From Blepharisma stoltei ATCC 30299 (taxonomy: Eukaryota > Protista > Ciliophora), in assembly GCA_965603825.1 (NCBI GenBank), contig CBFDEM010000055.1:186001-250000 (forward strand): 64,000 nucleotides of DNA. Direction: 5' to 3'. Positions 1 through 12,626 of this stretch are shown here, in pieces (within the stretch, counting starts at the first letter, position 1; the number at the start of each line of letters is the position of its first letter). Made by a program: the position numbers and the translations under genes. The notes below the pieces were generated by a model. The model ran no database searches. It saw only the letters and a program-made list of their open reading frames with translations, and was not told the DNA's origin.

Positions 1-1214
1 TTGATGATAATAATATTTTGATATTTATCATTTGCGTTTGTGGGAATGAGAATGAAGTGCTTTGGAATGAAAAAATAAATCGCTTCTACCAAAAAGATAG
101 AGCGCTAATACTTATAGTTGAGTATGATTATCTGAGAAAGCAAGTTCTGAAATCAAAGTATGTCCCTCTGTTTTCATCAAATTACGATTTGAAATCTGTC
201 AAACTAAGTAATCAGAGATTTGAAATCTTTCTATTTGAAAATTATAAAGCTGCTGCACAATCTTGAATTAATAAGCATATCATTAGATTTGAAGGTAGCA
301 GGAGTAAAAGTACAATTGAGATTAGCAAGAAAGAGGAAATTAGTCTTTTATCACTTGGGCTTGACTCATTTTTAGTAGAATCAGCTGATATAGTATTATC
401 AAGATTTGGCCAAATATTACTATATGCTATAGATTCAATGTATGGATTAAGAATCATTAGGATACAAGAAAATGGCCCAGCTGAAATTGTAGGTGGCATA
501 GCTCATCAAAGTCCAAATTATTTCAAATATGCATGCTCTTCTAGAAACCTCCTCTATATTATAACTGAGAAAATGGAATTATTAGAATATATTATTGATG
601 ATTTCCAAACGCCAGCCCTTTCACGAGTATTTTATTCAGATTCAAATAGGGTGTGGGAGATTTTATCGATCAAATTAATTCCTTATCAAGTGAGCAGCTA
701 TATTATTGCTTTATTCAAAAAATATGGTAAAGGTATTAATTTAAGAATTTGAAATGAGTATGACTGATATGATTTACTAATTGAAGACGCCTTAGATGTA
801 TTTGCTTTTGAAAGCGATCTAGGCGAGAAGAATATGCTTTCTTTTATAAATATTCACACTTCAACGTTCAGGCTAATCTCTTTGGGTAAATGATATATTG
901 ATATTCCAATATATGGGCAAAAAAGAGGTGAAAAAATTGAGAAAATATGAGGCACAGATGAGTTTAGAATACAATTTTATGCAAATAATACTTATAGCAA
1001 TGCTAGCTCTTCAGTAATGGTTCTGAAAAGAGGACATGCTCAATCAAATAACTCACCTCCTTGATGGTTGTGGATTTTCATGTTCGCTGCAGCTGCAATT
1101 ATTTTATTCATAATTGGTCATTGTGTATGCTATATGAGAAATAGGAAAAATAAAAGAGACTATGAATTGATTAATGAAGGATTGATGCTAAAAGAAATTA
1201 ATCAGGTATCTTAA
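1..1214 (+). CDS. 3' part of a large type-I membrane protein (tandem paralog of 2522..6871), runs off the window start
   Basis: Frame open with TGA=Trp up to TAA at 1212-1214; near-identical to 5658..6871; C-terminal TM helix (WWLWIFMFAAAAIILFIIG) followed by basic residues. Confidence 0.85.
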
Positions 1215-1266
1215 AGCTTTCTATGTAGAAGATGAAGATGGTAAGCTAATCTAATAATGATTCATA

Positions 1267-2155
1267 TCATCATTAATATTTATCACGCCTGAGGCGTCTT
1301 AATTTTTTTCTCTTTGTAATTTTCTTGATAAATTCCTCAGCATGAACATCAATTTCATCAATCTGACTCCTTGTCAATTCCAACTTGTTTTTTTCTTCTC
1401 CATATCTTCAAGAATCCAGCACAGCATCCACCAAATTCAAATCTTCAACAGCATCTATTTATGTCTCAGTAATTTCGTTCTTTCATTATTAAATTTTGGA
1501 CAATCTTCTATTAAATGCTTTTCATCCTGTATTTATCAGTTGCAATGTTCACAGATCGTGTTTTTCGTCTAATGCCTTACAAATGTGCACAAGTTCGTGA
1601 GTTAAAACCTGCTCTTAACCTGAAAAGTTCTCTTGTGCCGTTCACATCTTTAGGATTAAGTTTTGTGAATTCAGCCATTTTTCAAGTAACAGCATTCATA
1701 TCGCAAAATAATGTCGTGGTTTTTCAGGTTTTCTTCTCGCATCGGTTGAATGCACCATTCCCTATCAGCTCTTCATATAGCCATATGCATTCTTCTTCGC
1801 CATCGCTTCAGATTTTCCCCTCCTGGTAACATGCAATCATCCAGCCCGTATTTGTCCAATAATTCTCTACATCATTTTTCTCAACCCAGTTTTTCCTCAT
1901 AATTGATTTTTACTAAATTTTTGAGTATGCTCCCTTCTTTTGCATTTGATACTTTCGCCCAGAAAAATAAAGCTCTTTTATCCAGCAAGGCTCTTGCAGA
2001 CATCATCCCTAGGTCTATTAGATGAATTTCATTTGCTGTAGCTTGTAGTGAATTTCGGATAACTCTTAGCCCTCTACATTGAATCTTCTCCATCTCAGCA
2101 ATTATCCTTTCAGTAATTTCCTCCCTTGAGGCTGCTTTTGTTGCGTACAGAGCTA
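1267..2155 (-). mobile_element. 5'-truncated, degenerate non-LTR retrotransposon (RT C-terminal region plus CCHC knuckle)
   Basis: Flanked by 14-bp direct repeat AATAATGATTCATA (1253-1266, 2156-2169); absent from the paralogous flank near 6910-6925; minus strand gives FRLRAG and CEHC..QDEKHLIEDCP with frameshifts and stops; 3' hairpin at 1285-1297. Confidence 0.85.
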
Positions 2156-2521
2156 AATAATGATTCATAAGTATGTCTGGAATGCCTATTAAATAAAAAG
2201 GATTATAAATAAATAAGAAATTTTACTTCATTCTAGTGAATATTGTTTTTCTTTTCAATCCTATTATTTTTTCTTATCTTACTTTATTTTTTTGATAGAA
2301 GGAGGGTTTAAAGATCTTTTGAACTTATTTTATTTTTTATATAATTTGTTTTAATTATCAGTTCCGATTAATGCCCATAAAATTTTAAAAAATATATCGG
2401 CTTATTTGAACAAAGAAGCATAAATTTTGAGTCTTAATGATTTGCTTTGATTTTTGTATTAAGAGATGGAAAATAAGTCATGATAAAATTTAATTAATAA
2501 AATTAAAATAATTTATTTGCG

Positions 2522-5500
2522 ATGATAAAGCGGTGTATGGTCCTAATATTAGTGGCTATCTCAATAAAGGCTTTAAATGATTTTGGCACAATCTATTTAA
2601 CATACAATGAGTCAACCACTCTTAGACTTCACGATTATTTCTCACAAAATGAAATAGATTTCTATATATCAAATACGAATGCGACAGAAAAAGATATTAT
2701 TTTAAAGCACAAATCAAGTCTGGACTTAATTTCATACATTTCCACTCCTCTAGGCTCATTCGAAGATAATTCTACTCAATTTAGCCAGCAGTTCCCATAT
2801 TTTGAGCTTTCAGAAGGGATCATCTTCTTTAGGCATGATGATAATTATCTTTTTTCTTATAGGTTTTCCAAAAATAGCCAAAAAATAGAAAAATTATGAT
2901 CAATGCAAGTTGTGAATGGCACAATTTCTCAAGTTATAGCTTTTTATATTCTTAGTACTCCATATTTGCTTATATCATCCAGATTTTGCACTAATAGCGC
3001 TTGAGATTTGTGAGAAAGTGAATTATACATTCTTGAGCTGATAGATTTTATTAATCCTGGATTTCTCGTCAAGCTTGATATTTGAGATATAAAATACTTG
3101 TCAGATTTTAAAATTTTTGCAGGTAAAGACAATTTAAATTGTTTTATTATCTCTGGAAAGTTTAATAGTGGAAAACAATCTTTGTTCTTTTATAAAGCTT
3201 TATTTTCGAATGAAATAAACTTTTATTTAGTTCAGTCATTTGATTATTATATAGGCTTAGCTGAGTTTGAAAGCAATGATTTAAATGCTATTCAAGGAAT
3301 TCCTACAATAAATCAGTTTTTAATATTAGACTCAAAATTAGGCCTATTTATTTATGATTCTTTCCATAGAGCAGGTTTAAGCTTTAGAGGCTATCTTGAT
3401 CTAAGAAAATATGGCAATTTATATAGCTTATCTTTTATACTAGACCTTCAGTTATACATAATTGGATCAGACGCTGGAGCAATTTTAATTTCCTCTAAGC
3501 TTTATCATAATGAATATTCTTTGATCACAATTTATGATGTGATTGGAAAACTTGTGCCAACAATTAATGCAGACAAGTATGGCAGTTTGTGTTTTCTCCA
3601 AATAGAGTTGGAAGAATCTCGCCATTTACTTGTTTTTGAATTGGCAGGCTCTGAATCAGCTCCTCCACAGTTTTTAGGAAATTTCAACTTGAAAAAGATA
3701 GTTGGGAATGATTTCAATAGGAAAGGAATGTGGATGCTATTACAAATAGAAAGCAAAACAGTTTACATTAGACATGATTTTGATGGAATTAGAATATTTG
3801 CTTTAAATTTGGAAGATTGAACTTTAAAATTATGAGGAAATAACTCTGTTTATGCTGAGATTATTGGAAAATCTAATAATTCAAAAAAAAAGATTGTTAA
3901 AAAATCACTTAACGTTATTTCTATTCCATTAGGATCACATGAAATTTATTCCTTAAATTCAGCAGAACACAATAAATCAATAGATTTATACTTGGGTTTG
4001 AACAACCAATACCTTTCGCTTATTCCTCAAGTTTACCTCTCAGGACCCAACCTAACATATGAAATAAAGAGCACTGACTTTTCGGAACTTTTTAATGCTT
4101 GTCTAATAACACCCAAATCTGAACAAACTGAAATACTATTACCAGAAAATACTGAAAAAATCTCGTTATCTTATTCCAAAATTGCCTGTTCTTCTCGAAA
4201 TATCATTAAATTTAACAAACCAAACTTTATATTAGATTTGATTCTGCCAGACTCGTTAAATATTCTAAATATCATATGAACTTTAAACTTCAATAACTAT
4301 CTAATAATTGAAGTTGAAGAAAACTTACATTACACAATCATGGTATATAGAATAGATATACATGGGAATAGCTATTTATTTTCAAAAATACACTCGAATA
4401 TTGATTGCTTATTTTTCAAATCTTATAATGCTGATGGAATTGAAGTTTTTGCATGCGCTGATCATGAAAATATTGATGTATATTTAATTAGTATGACGAT
4501 TGAGAAATGGTTATCATTTGACAGAGAGTGTCTAAAGTTTGATGGAAATTTTTGAATAACTGGATTAGAATTTTTTGCTAGTCAGGTATTGCTACCCCAC
4601 AAAATATTTGATATCGAAATTTTAATATATGTTGCCTTTTTCAATGAAATTTCTCTTATTAAAATTAGATTAGACAGATTTAAAGGATTTATAAACATTG
4701 ATTATAAATTTGCTGACCTTCAAAATGAAATCATTGATCTTTCTATTACGTTTGACCATATTGCCTTACTTTTTGCTGACTGCAAAGTTGGTATATATGA
4801 CAGGAACTTATCAATAGTAAAAACTCTTGGGCCTCATTATAAAGGAAAAGCCAAAGGAATTCTGGCTAGAGGCTTAATTATATTTATACAAGTTAATAAT
4901 GAAATCCTTGTTTATGACTGAGGTTTCTTAGCTCATGACGCATTAAAATATTCATTTTTAATAGGCAGTTCTTGCAGGCTGGCTAATGAATTACAAAAAG
5001 AATTGTCATTTTCAAACATGGAAATTCCTATTCTTTGCAAAACAAGTGAAAAGTTTGCTTTAGAATGATATACACTTCAATGCTATAGTCAATATTTATA
5101 CTTCAATCGATGCTATAATTTTGGTCTCATAGAATTAAAATCGATGCAAGAATTGACAAAGAATTTTGTAAAAGAAGGCAAAATATCAATTTTAGCCCAA
5201 AATTCTGTATATCACTCTACAATAGAAATAAAGGTAAATTTGCATATAAATGGAGATAAAATCTGAGTGGATGAAGCCAAATTCCCATCTAAATTGAATG
5301 TCCCATATAGCAGAGATAAAATGATTGATTTAAACAGCATTGTCCATGGGAACAATACCTATATATGTACGAAAATAAATGGTTTAATGTATGAAGACAT
5401 AAACCTTGCCTATTCCCCAATTCTTCTCCACAGAAATTTTAATGAAAAACTATCATTGCCATTAGGAAAAAATAATTTAAGCCCTGGCCATTTTTATGTG

Positions 5501-6871
5501 AAAGCTGCAAACAAACTAATTCTTTTAACAGATTCAGATTCAGAACTTATTATTTTAAATTTTAATTATGAAAACTCTACAATAGATGCACAGTTGGCTT
5601 TAAAGTATTTAGTCAACAGTATCAATATAAGGTGTTTAAGCATCAATACAATTGACTTTGATGACAATACTATTTTGATATTTATCATTTGCGTTTGTGG
5701 GAATGAGAATGAAGTGCTTTGGAATGAAAAAATAAATCGCTTCTACCAAAAAGATAGAGCGCTAATACTTATAGTTGAGTATGATTATCTGAGAAAGCAA
5801 GTTCTGAAATCAAAGTATGTCCCTCTGTTTTTATCAAATTACGATTTGAAATCTGTCAAACTAAGTAATCAGAGATTTGAAATCTTTCTATTTGAACATT
5901 ATAAAACTGCTGCACAATCTTGAATTAATAAGCATATCATTAGATTTGAAGGTAGCAGGAGTAAAAGTACAATTGAGATTAGCAAGAAAGAGGAAATTGA
6001 TACTTTATCACTTGGGCTTGACTTATTTTTAGTAGAATCAGCTGATATAGTATTATCAAGATTTGGCCAAATATTTCTATATGTTATAGATTCAATGTAT
6101 GGATTAAGAATCATTAGGATGCAAGAAAATGGCCCAGCTGAAATTGTAGGTGGCATAACTCATCAAAGTCCAAATTATTTCAAATATGCATACTCTTTTA
6201 GAAATCTCCTCTATATTATAACTGAGAAAATGGAATTATTAGAATATATTATTGATGATTTCCAAACGCCAGCCCTTTCACGAGTATTTTATTCAGATTC
6301 AAATAGGGTGTGGGAGATTTTATCGATTAGATTAATTTCTTATCCAGCGAGCAGTTATATTATTGCTTCATTCCAAAAATATGATAAAGGTATTAATTTA
6401 AGAATTTGAAATGAGTATGACTGATATGATTTACTAATTGAAGACGCCTTAGATGTATTTGCTTTTGAAAGCGATCTAGGCGAGAAGAATATGCTTTCTT
6501 TTATAAATATTCACAATTCAACGTTCAATCTAATCTCTTTGGATAAATGATATATTAATGTTCCAATATATGGGCAAAAAAGAGGTGAAGAAATTGAGAA
6601 AATATGAGGCACAGATGAGTTTAGAATACAATTTTATGCAAATAATACTTATAGTAATGCTACCTCTTCAGTAATGGTTCTGAAAAGAGGACATGCTCAA
6701 TCAAATAACTCACCTCCTTGATGGTTATGGATTTTCATGCTCGCTGCAGCTGCAATTATTTTATTCATAATTGGTCATTGTGTATGCTATATGAGAAATA
6801 AGAAAAATAAAAGAGACTATGAATTGATTAATGAAGGATTGATGCTAAAAGAAATTAATCAGGTATCTTAA
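2522..6871 (+). CDS. ~1449-aa type-I membrane/surface protein of unknown family (signal peptide, large ectodomain, C-terminal TM)
   Basis: ORF fragments at 2522, 3098, 3992, 4340, 4589, 5267 and 6095 share one frame and are joined by TGA=Trp; hydrophobic N-terminus; TM near the C-terminus. Confidence 0.85.
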
Positions 6872-7526
6872 AGCTTTCTATGTAGAAGATGAAGATGGTA
6901 AGCTAATCTAATAATGATTTATAAATATGTCAGGAATGCTTATTCAATAAAATGGCTAAGGAATAAATAAGAAATTCTACTTCATTTTAGTGAATCTTGT
7001 TTCTCTTTTCAATTTTGTTATTTTTTCTTATCTTGCTTAATATTTTTGATAGAAGGTACACACTTTTTATTTTGATTTATTAAGGTTTAAATACCTGAAC
7101 TTATTTTTTATTTTTTATATAATTTGTTTTAATTATCAGTGCTGCATAATGTCCATAAATCTCTAAAAAATATCGGCTATATCTAAAGAAAAGCAACATA
7201 AATTTTGAGTCTTAATGATTTGCTTTCTTGATTTTTGTATTAAATAATTGTATTTTAATATAAACTGAAAGCTGAAATGCAAAAAATCATAAATATAAAG
7301 CTGAAGTGATATACTATAAAAGTAGCTGTGGATTCATGCCAAATTTCAGTCTTAATAATTATTAAAAGATGTGCCTCTGCAATTGGCATTTATTCCAACA
7401 CACATAAAACAATAACAATTATTCAGTGAGAGATGCAGCTTCATATAAATTTGCAATTATTAAATGAAACTTCCTAATAAGTTTTTCAAGTTTTATAATA
7501 ATTTTTATTCGAATTATTCTTTTATT

Positions 7527-8561
7527 TTATTTCTTATTGCAAACTCTCATGCATGCGTTAACTACATTTTGCGGAACAGGTGTAAATAATTTTTCTAGCT
7601 CCAATGAGTAAGGTGCAGGGACATCTGCAGACGTAATTCTTTCAACAGGAGCGTCCAGATAATCAAAAGCTTCAGTTTCCATCATCAACGCACTGATTTC
7701 TGCTCCAACCCCAAACTGTGGCCAGCCATCCTCAACCGTTACGAGTCTATTAGTTTTCTTTACTGATTTCACAATACTTTCTACATCAAGTGGTCTGATA
7801 GTTCTTAAATTGATAACTTCAGCACTAATTCCTTGTTTTTCCAACTCTTCCGCAGCTTTTAAAGACACTCCTACCATTCTTGAATGTGCCACAACAGTCA
7901 CATCTTTTCCTTCCTTCATAATTTTGGCTTGTCCTATAGGGATTGTAAAATCTTTATCCAACACTTTTTCAGAGACATCAAAGGATTGTCCATACATAAG
8001 CTCGTTTTCTAAGACTACAACTGGATTTGGGTCCCTGACTGCTGCTTTTAAGAGTCCTCTAGCATCTTCAGTATCGTAAGGGCTTAGCACGATAAGTCCA
8101 GGAACTGAACCATACCACGCTGCAAAACATTGGGAATGTTGAGCGGCAACAGCGGCTGCTGGGCCATTAATGCCGCGAAAAACGATGCTCCCATGAAGTC
8201 TGCCACCTGACATGTACCTCATTTTAGCAGAAGAGTTTACTATATGGTCAATGGCTTGTAAGGCAAAATTCCAGGTCATGAATTCACATATAGGCTTGAG
8301 TCCTCCCAAGGCGGAGCCTACAGCCAGTCCAGTGAACCCTGCTTCTGTTATAGGGGTATCCCAAATTCTGGCATCGCCATGCTTATCCCATAGTCCTTTA
8401 GATACTTTATAAGCACCATTATATCTAGCGACTTCTTCACCTATCAAATAGACGTCAGGATCTCTTTGGATTTCTTCGTCCATTGCTGAGTTGATCCCAT
8501 CACGCACAGTCATGCTGATCCGACGGTAAAGCAAAGTGGAAAGTTTGCGAGTTGTCAGCAT
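7527..8561 (-). CDS. PDHB: Pyruvate dehydrogenase E1 beta subunit, mitochondrial
   Basis: [41 protein letters not shown] motifs; presequence-like N-terminus. Confidence 0.97.
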   Translation of the reverse strand: MLTTRKLSTLLYRRISMTVRDGINSAMDEEIQRDPDVYLIGEEVARYNGAYKVSKGLWDKHGDARIWDTPITEAGFTGLAVGSALGGLKPICEFMTWNFALQAIDHIVNSSAKMRYMSGGRLHGSIVFRGINGPAAAVAAQHSQCFAAWYGSVPGLIVLSPYDTEDARGLLKAAVRDPNPVVVLENELMYGQSFDVSEKVLDKDFTIPIGQAKIMKEGKDVTVVAHSRMVGVSLKAAEELEKQGISAEVINLRTIRPLDVESIVKSVKKTNRLVTVEDGWPQFGVGAEISALMMETEAFDYLDAPVERITSADVPAPYSLELEKLFTPVPQNVVNACMRVCNKK

Positions 8562-8579
8562 ATTTTTATATTAAAATTA

Positions 8580-9284
8580 ATGGGAAATCTAACTTCCTGC
8601 TCCTGCATAAATCAGGAAAGACTTAAAGAAGACCAAATCATAACGGCTGCTGCCAAATCTGACTCTGCTATAGGAATTTCTTATCAAAAATATGAAAGCA
8701 ATATGATCCCTGAAATCAAAGAAATCTATATAAAATACCTTAATGGAAAAGGAAATAGTATAAGGAATATTCAGATTATTGATAGAGGGCTGGGAGAAAT
8801 TGGCTGCATGCTGTTAAGTTTGATAATACCTGAGCTTCCTAATTTAGAAGAATTAAACTTGGTGAGTAATCAAATAGGAACTTCAGGAGCAATTAAATTA
8901 TCTAGTGAGCTTGCTAAATTAGATAACTTATGCATACTTATCATTGCTTATAATCATATTGGAGATGATGGAATAATGGCTATGTCTTCTGCTATTCCGT
9001 TTCTAAAAAACTTAAAATTAATTTCTTTTGAAGGGAACGAGATAACGAATGAAGGAGCTAAAAATATTACAAATAATTTGAAAGAGATGGAGCATTTAAA
9101 AATTTTTAATATCAAAAACAATGAAATAACGGGGAGAGGAATGAAGAAAATAGCAGAAGCACTTAGTGATATTAGCACACTTGAAGAGTTTTATTTTGAT
9201 ATAGATGAAATTAGGTCAAAAGACCTAGATATAATAGAAGAGATCTTATTAGGAGTATCATTAAACACCCATAAAGAAATTTAA
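8580..9284 (+). CDS. Leucine-rich repeat protein (RI/RanGAP-like LRRs), possibly N-myristoylated
   Basis: Repeated LxxLxLxxNxIGxxG units; N-terminus MGNLTSCSC. Confidence 0.85.
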   Translation: MGNLTSCSCINQERLKEDQIITAAAKSDSAIGISYQKYESNMIPEIKEIYIKYLNGKGNSIRNIQIIDRGLGEIGCMLLSLIIPELPNLEELNLVSNQIGTSGAIKLSSELAKLDNLCILIIAYNHIGDDGIMAMSSAIPFLKNLKLISFEGNEITNEGAKNITNNLKEMEHLKIFNIKNNEITGRGMKKIAEALSDISTLEEFYFDIDEIRSKDLDIIEEILLGVSLNTHKEI

Positions 9285-9292
9285 TAATTAAT

Positions 9293-10084
9293 ATGGTAAA
9301 GTTTTTCACTTTAGACTATTCCGACTTCGCTAAAGGTTTTGGCTTATTTTGCTTTATAGGCGGAAACGTCCTGACTGTCATTGTAACCTTTTGCTATTTT
9401 GATTCGATATACCCAATTATTTACAAAAACAAGGAAATTTATGGGTATTTTATGACAAGCATTGGATTATTTATTTTATTCAATATTTTTTATAATAATT
9501 TCAAGGCATCTTTTACAGACCCAGGCAACCCAAAAGACGCGTATAAATCATATGATAAATCGACAGCTTCTGTTTATTCTGGGACTTTTTGCAAGCTTTG
9601 TGATTATTATAAACCACCAAGAGCTCATCATTGCTCAATATGCAAAAAATGTGTGCTAAAGATGGATCATCATTGCCCATGAGTGAATAATTGCATAGGG
9701 CAAAACAATCAGAGGTTCTTTTATTTGTTTATTTTTTGGATGATTATGGGGACGTTTTTTATTACAATAGTGCTTTTACCAACATTTTGGAATATTTTCA
9801 AGAGAGATGAAGAAACACTTAGAGAAATTGGAGAAGATCGAAAACTAATTGTTTTTTCTTTTGTTTTATGTTTTTGTGTATTTATAGCAGTAGGCTTATT
9901 ATTTGGTTTCCACACATTTTTAGAAATAAAAGACTTAACTACCATTGAATACAAAGCGAAAACTCGCCAAGAGTACGGTTTAAAGCCTTCAAAACTTAAA
10001 GAAACATACGAAATAGTGAAAACGCTTTTAAAATTCATTTCTCCATTCACATCAACAGAATCTCCTTCCCTCCATGTCATTTAA
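9293..10084 (+). CDS. DHHC palmitoyltransferase
   Basis: [23 protein letters not shown](TGA 9680)-VNNCIG, TTIE motif, four TM segments. Confidence 0.95.
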
Positions 10085-10118
10085 TTAACCTTACATCACA
10101 ATTAAAAGAATGAAGAAC

Positions 10119-10733
10119 TTATCTATATCTTCTAAGTGATAGAGTGTTTCTCCTCTTCCAGTTGGCGTGCTTGCTAACTCTTGCCTTGTTTGCCTTATGT
10201 CCCTTCTTTCTAAGTCCTCTATGTTTCCTTCCAATGCTTGTAAGTCCTCTCAATTCTCTGTGTTTCATCACAGGTTTGCAGATCCAGTTGATCTTAGGGT
10301 CTCCTCTAATAGCTTTGTGCATAGGATCTACCAATATGACCTCATAGAACTTATAGGTGGAGTCCTCAGCAACCCAGTAGCTATTTAAGACTCTTAAGCC
10401 ACCACAGATTTTGCCAACTCTTTCTTCAGCGACACTTTTGAGGGATCTGTAGAATTTTCTCTGAAGAACACCTTGATTGGCTGGTTTTCCATAGATCTGT
10501 CCTTTGACACCGAGTTTTCGTCTGTTTCCTCTGCGGACGCGGACTCTCCAGATGACGTAGCCTTGTTTGGATCTGTATCCGACGCGACGAGCTTTGTCTG
10601 GGCGAGATGGTCTGGTAACTCTGTGGATGGCCTTGTGCTGTCTGTATTCCCATGAACGAACACGGAGGAGGAAACGCATAACGTCACTTTGCTTTTTCCT
10701 CCAGAGTTCTTCGAGGTACTTGTAAGCTCCCAT
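10119..10733 (-). CDS. RPL15: 60S ribosomal protein L15 (eL15), 204 aa
   Basis: True start [17 protein letters not shown]; ends LSLRRYR. Confidence 0.98.
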   Translation of the reverse strand: MGAYKYLEELWRKKQSDVMRFLLRVRSWEYRQHKAIHRVTRPSRPDKARRVGYRSKQGYVIWRVRVRRGNRRKLGVKGQIYGKPANQGVLQRKFYRSLKSVAEERVGKICGGLRVLNSYWVAEDSTYKFYEVILVDPMHKAIRGDPKINWICKPVMKHRELRGLTSIGRKHRGLRKKGHKANKARVSKHANWKRRNTLSLRRYR

Positions 10734-10855
10734 TTTTATTATAAGCCACAGCTTGAACGAAATGAAATTTAGTAATAAAAAGTGAAGGAAAGTTAGGAGT
10801 GTAAATTTGGGTTGCATTATTTATTCCGAAAAATTAAATAAAATATTGATTTCAT

Positions 10856-12562
10856 ATGGAAGATAAGGCATTTGAGATTTATTCAGCGGTTGACATTTCC
10901 AATCCTCCAACCAAAGATCTTTATAAAACCTCTAGGCTCCTTCCACGCGTACGTTCAAGCAGTCCTAGAGCTCGAAATAACAAATACTATAAAGAGCTCC
11001 AAGAAGCAACTAAAAAGCGTTTGGTAGAAGAGATTTCAAGACCAAAAATATTAATTGAAAATTTTCACATAGAGAAACCTCGCCCAATAACCCACTTCAT
11101 CAATAAAGCAAGAACAAATTTTATAATAAAACTTAAGCAAGCCAATGATCAAAGATCAGAAAGCACTGAGAGATCTAAAACTCGGACTCCAAATCATTTC
11201 AAAGAAGACCGCGGTTATGACTTCAGATACAGCACACCATTACCAAGATATTCTTCAGCTACTAATATAAATAACTCCAGTCCTGTTAAAAAAGAAATTG
11301 ATATGAAAAATTACATCCCTGAGTGGCTTATATTAAGAAATGACTTTCAACAGACATATAGAAAAATTAAAGAAGGAAATGACGATGATATAGCGAATAT
11401 TGTCAATACCCCAGCTGCACAGCGGACTGAAGATGAGAAAAATCTGTTATATGTATGGATTAGCAATATAAAATTTTTTTCAAAAACCCCTAGAATCGTT
11501 GTTAAAGAAACTTGTGATAAATTATATAGAATGGATTTTAATCCTGGAGAATATCTAATTCAAAAAGGTGATATAGCTGACTGTATGTTCATCATTTTCA
11601 GCGGAAGAGTTGGGATATATTTATCACATGAATCTGAGAAAATAGGAATAAAAGAAAAAAAGGACGTTGTTGGAGAAAAAGCACTGGATACTGATATGCC
11701 AAGAAGTGCTGAAGTCAAAGCTGAAGAATACACTATCACTTTTGTTTTAAAGAAAATCGAATATCAAAGGGTGCTTATGAACATTAAAAAACTAGAAAAG
11801 CATGATACAACAAAATTTTTAATGAATATTCGTTATTTTGGAAGATGAAGCTTTCTTAAGGTTCAAAGATTGTCAAGTTTTATGATTGTAAAAAACTATC
11901 AAGCTGGAGAAGTCTTATTTAACAGAGGAGACACAAGTAATACCTTTTATGTAATAAAGCAAGGAAAAGTAGAAATCCAAGTCTATATTGATGTAGAAAG
12001 ACAAAATAAATGGCCTACAGCTTCTCAGCAGTGAAAAATTATGCAAATAAACAGAAAGTATATTATTAATCTTCAAACGTTATTGCCAGGCGACTTTTTC
12101 GGAGAGGCTGATCTAATTGATGATTGCCCAAGGCAAACTAGAGCTATTTGCACAGAGCCAACAACCTGCTTAACTATAAACAAAAGTGAATTTTTTGAAG
12201 TTTTTTCAAACAAAGACATAGAATCCATAAAAAGCATGAAAAGTGTTATTATCCCTAGCAAGGAAGATCTCCAAAAGAAGCTTTTATTGGAAATAGAAGA
12301 AAGAAACACATCAGAAAAAGCTATTTTAGATGCTTTAAAAGTAGATTTTATTACAGTAATTGGAAGAGATAACGATGATAAAAGGACCAAAAAGTTAAAA
12401 GATTGGGTGAATAATTATAAAAAAAGAAAAACTGAAGCTTTGTCACTTTTCAATAAAAGGATTGTGAAGGAGATGAAAAAAACGGTAAATGTTGCAGCGA
12501 GCTCAACACAAAATTTGTTCCCTGATAAGTCAAATAAGTCAATTTTGGATTCGTTTAATTAA
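10856..12562 (+). CDS. Protein with two cyclic-nucleotide-binding domains (568 aa)
   Basis: GEKALDTDMPRSAEV and FFGEADLIDDCPRQTRA cassettes; fragments joined by TGA=Trp. Confidence 0.9.
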
Positions 12563-12626
12563 TTGAGAGTTTATATATCAAAGATATGCTGAATGCTATC
12601 TATCAAGAATTAAGCTGAAATATAGA

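Larger units (their letters stand above)
1..7242. repeat. Tandem duplication of the membrane-protein locus (1..2461 resembles 5658..7242 apart from the LINE insertion)
   Basis: Direct sequence similarity, including the 3' flank up to TTGATTTTTGTATTA. Confidence 0.9.

Noticed and set aside
2522-6871. Many short ORFs suggesting pseudogenes or an operon (here and throughout the window)
   Set aside because: Fragments share a frame and are separated only by TGA (Trp) or tiny introns; artefact of the wrong genetic code
7810-8412. Antisense ORFs over PDHB (and similar ones over MAT, RPL15 and others)
   Set aside because: Shadow frames of well-supported genes with no motifs of their own
9296-9314. 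GT...AG just after the DHHC ATG as a possible intron
   Set aside because: 19 nt, outside the 15-16-nt class, and the frame is open without splicing
10734-10817. N-terminal extension of RPL15 in the ORF track (likewise ALG13 25793-25984)
   Set aside because: Conserved proteins start at MGAYKY and MSVFVTVG; the extensions are AT-rich leader or antisense to the neighbouring gene
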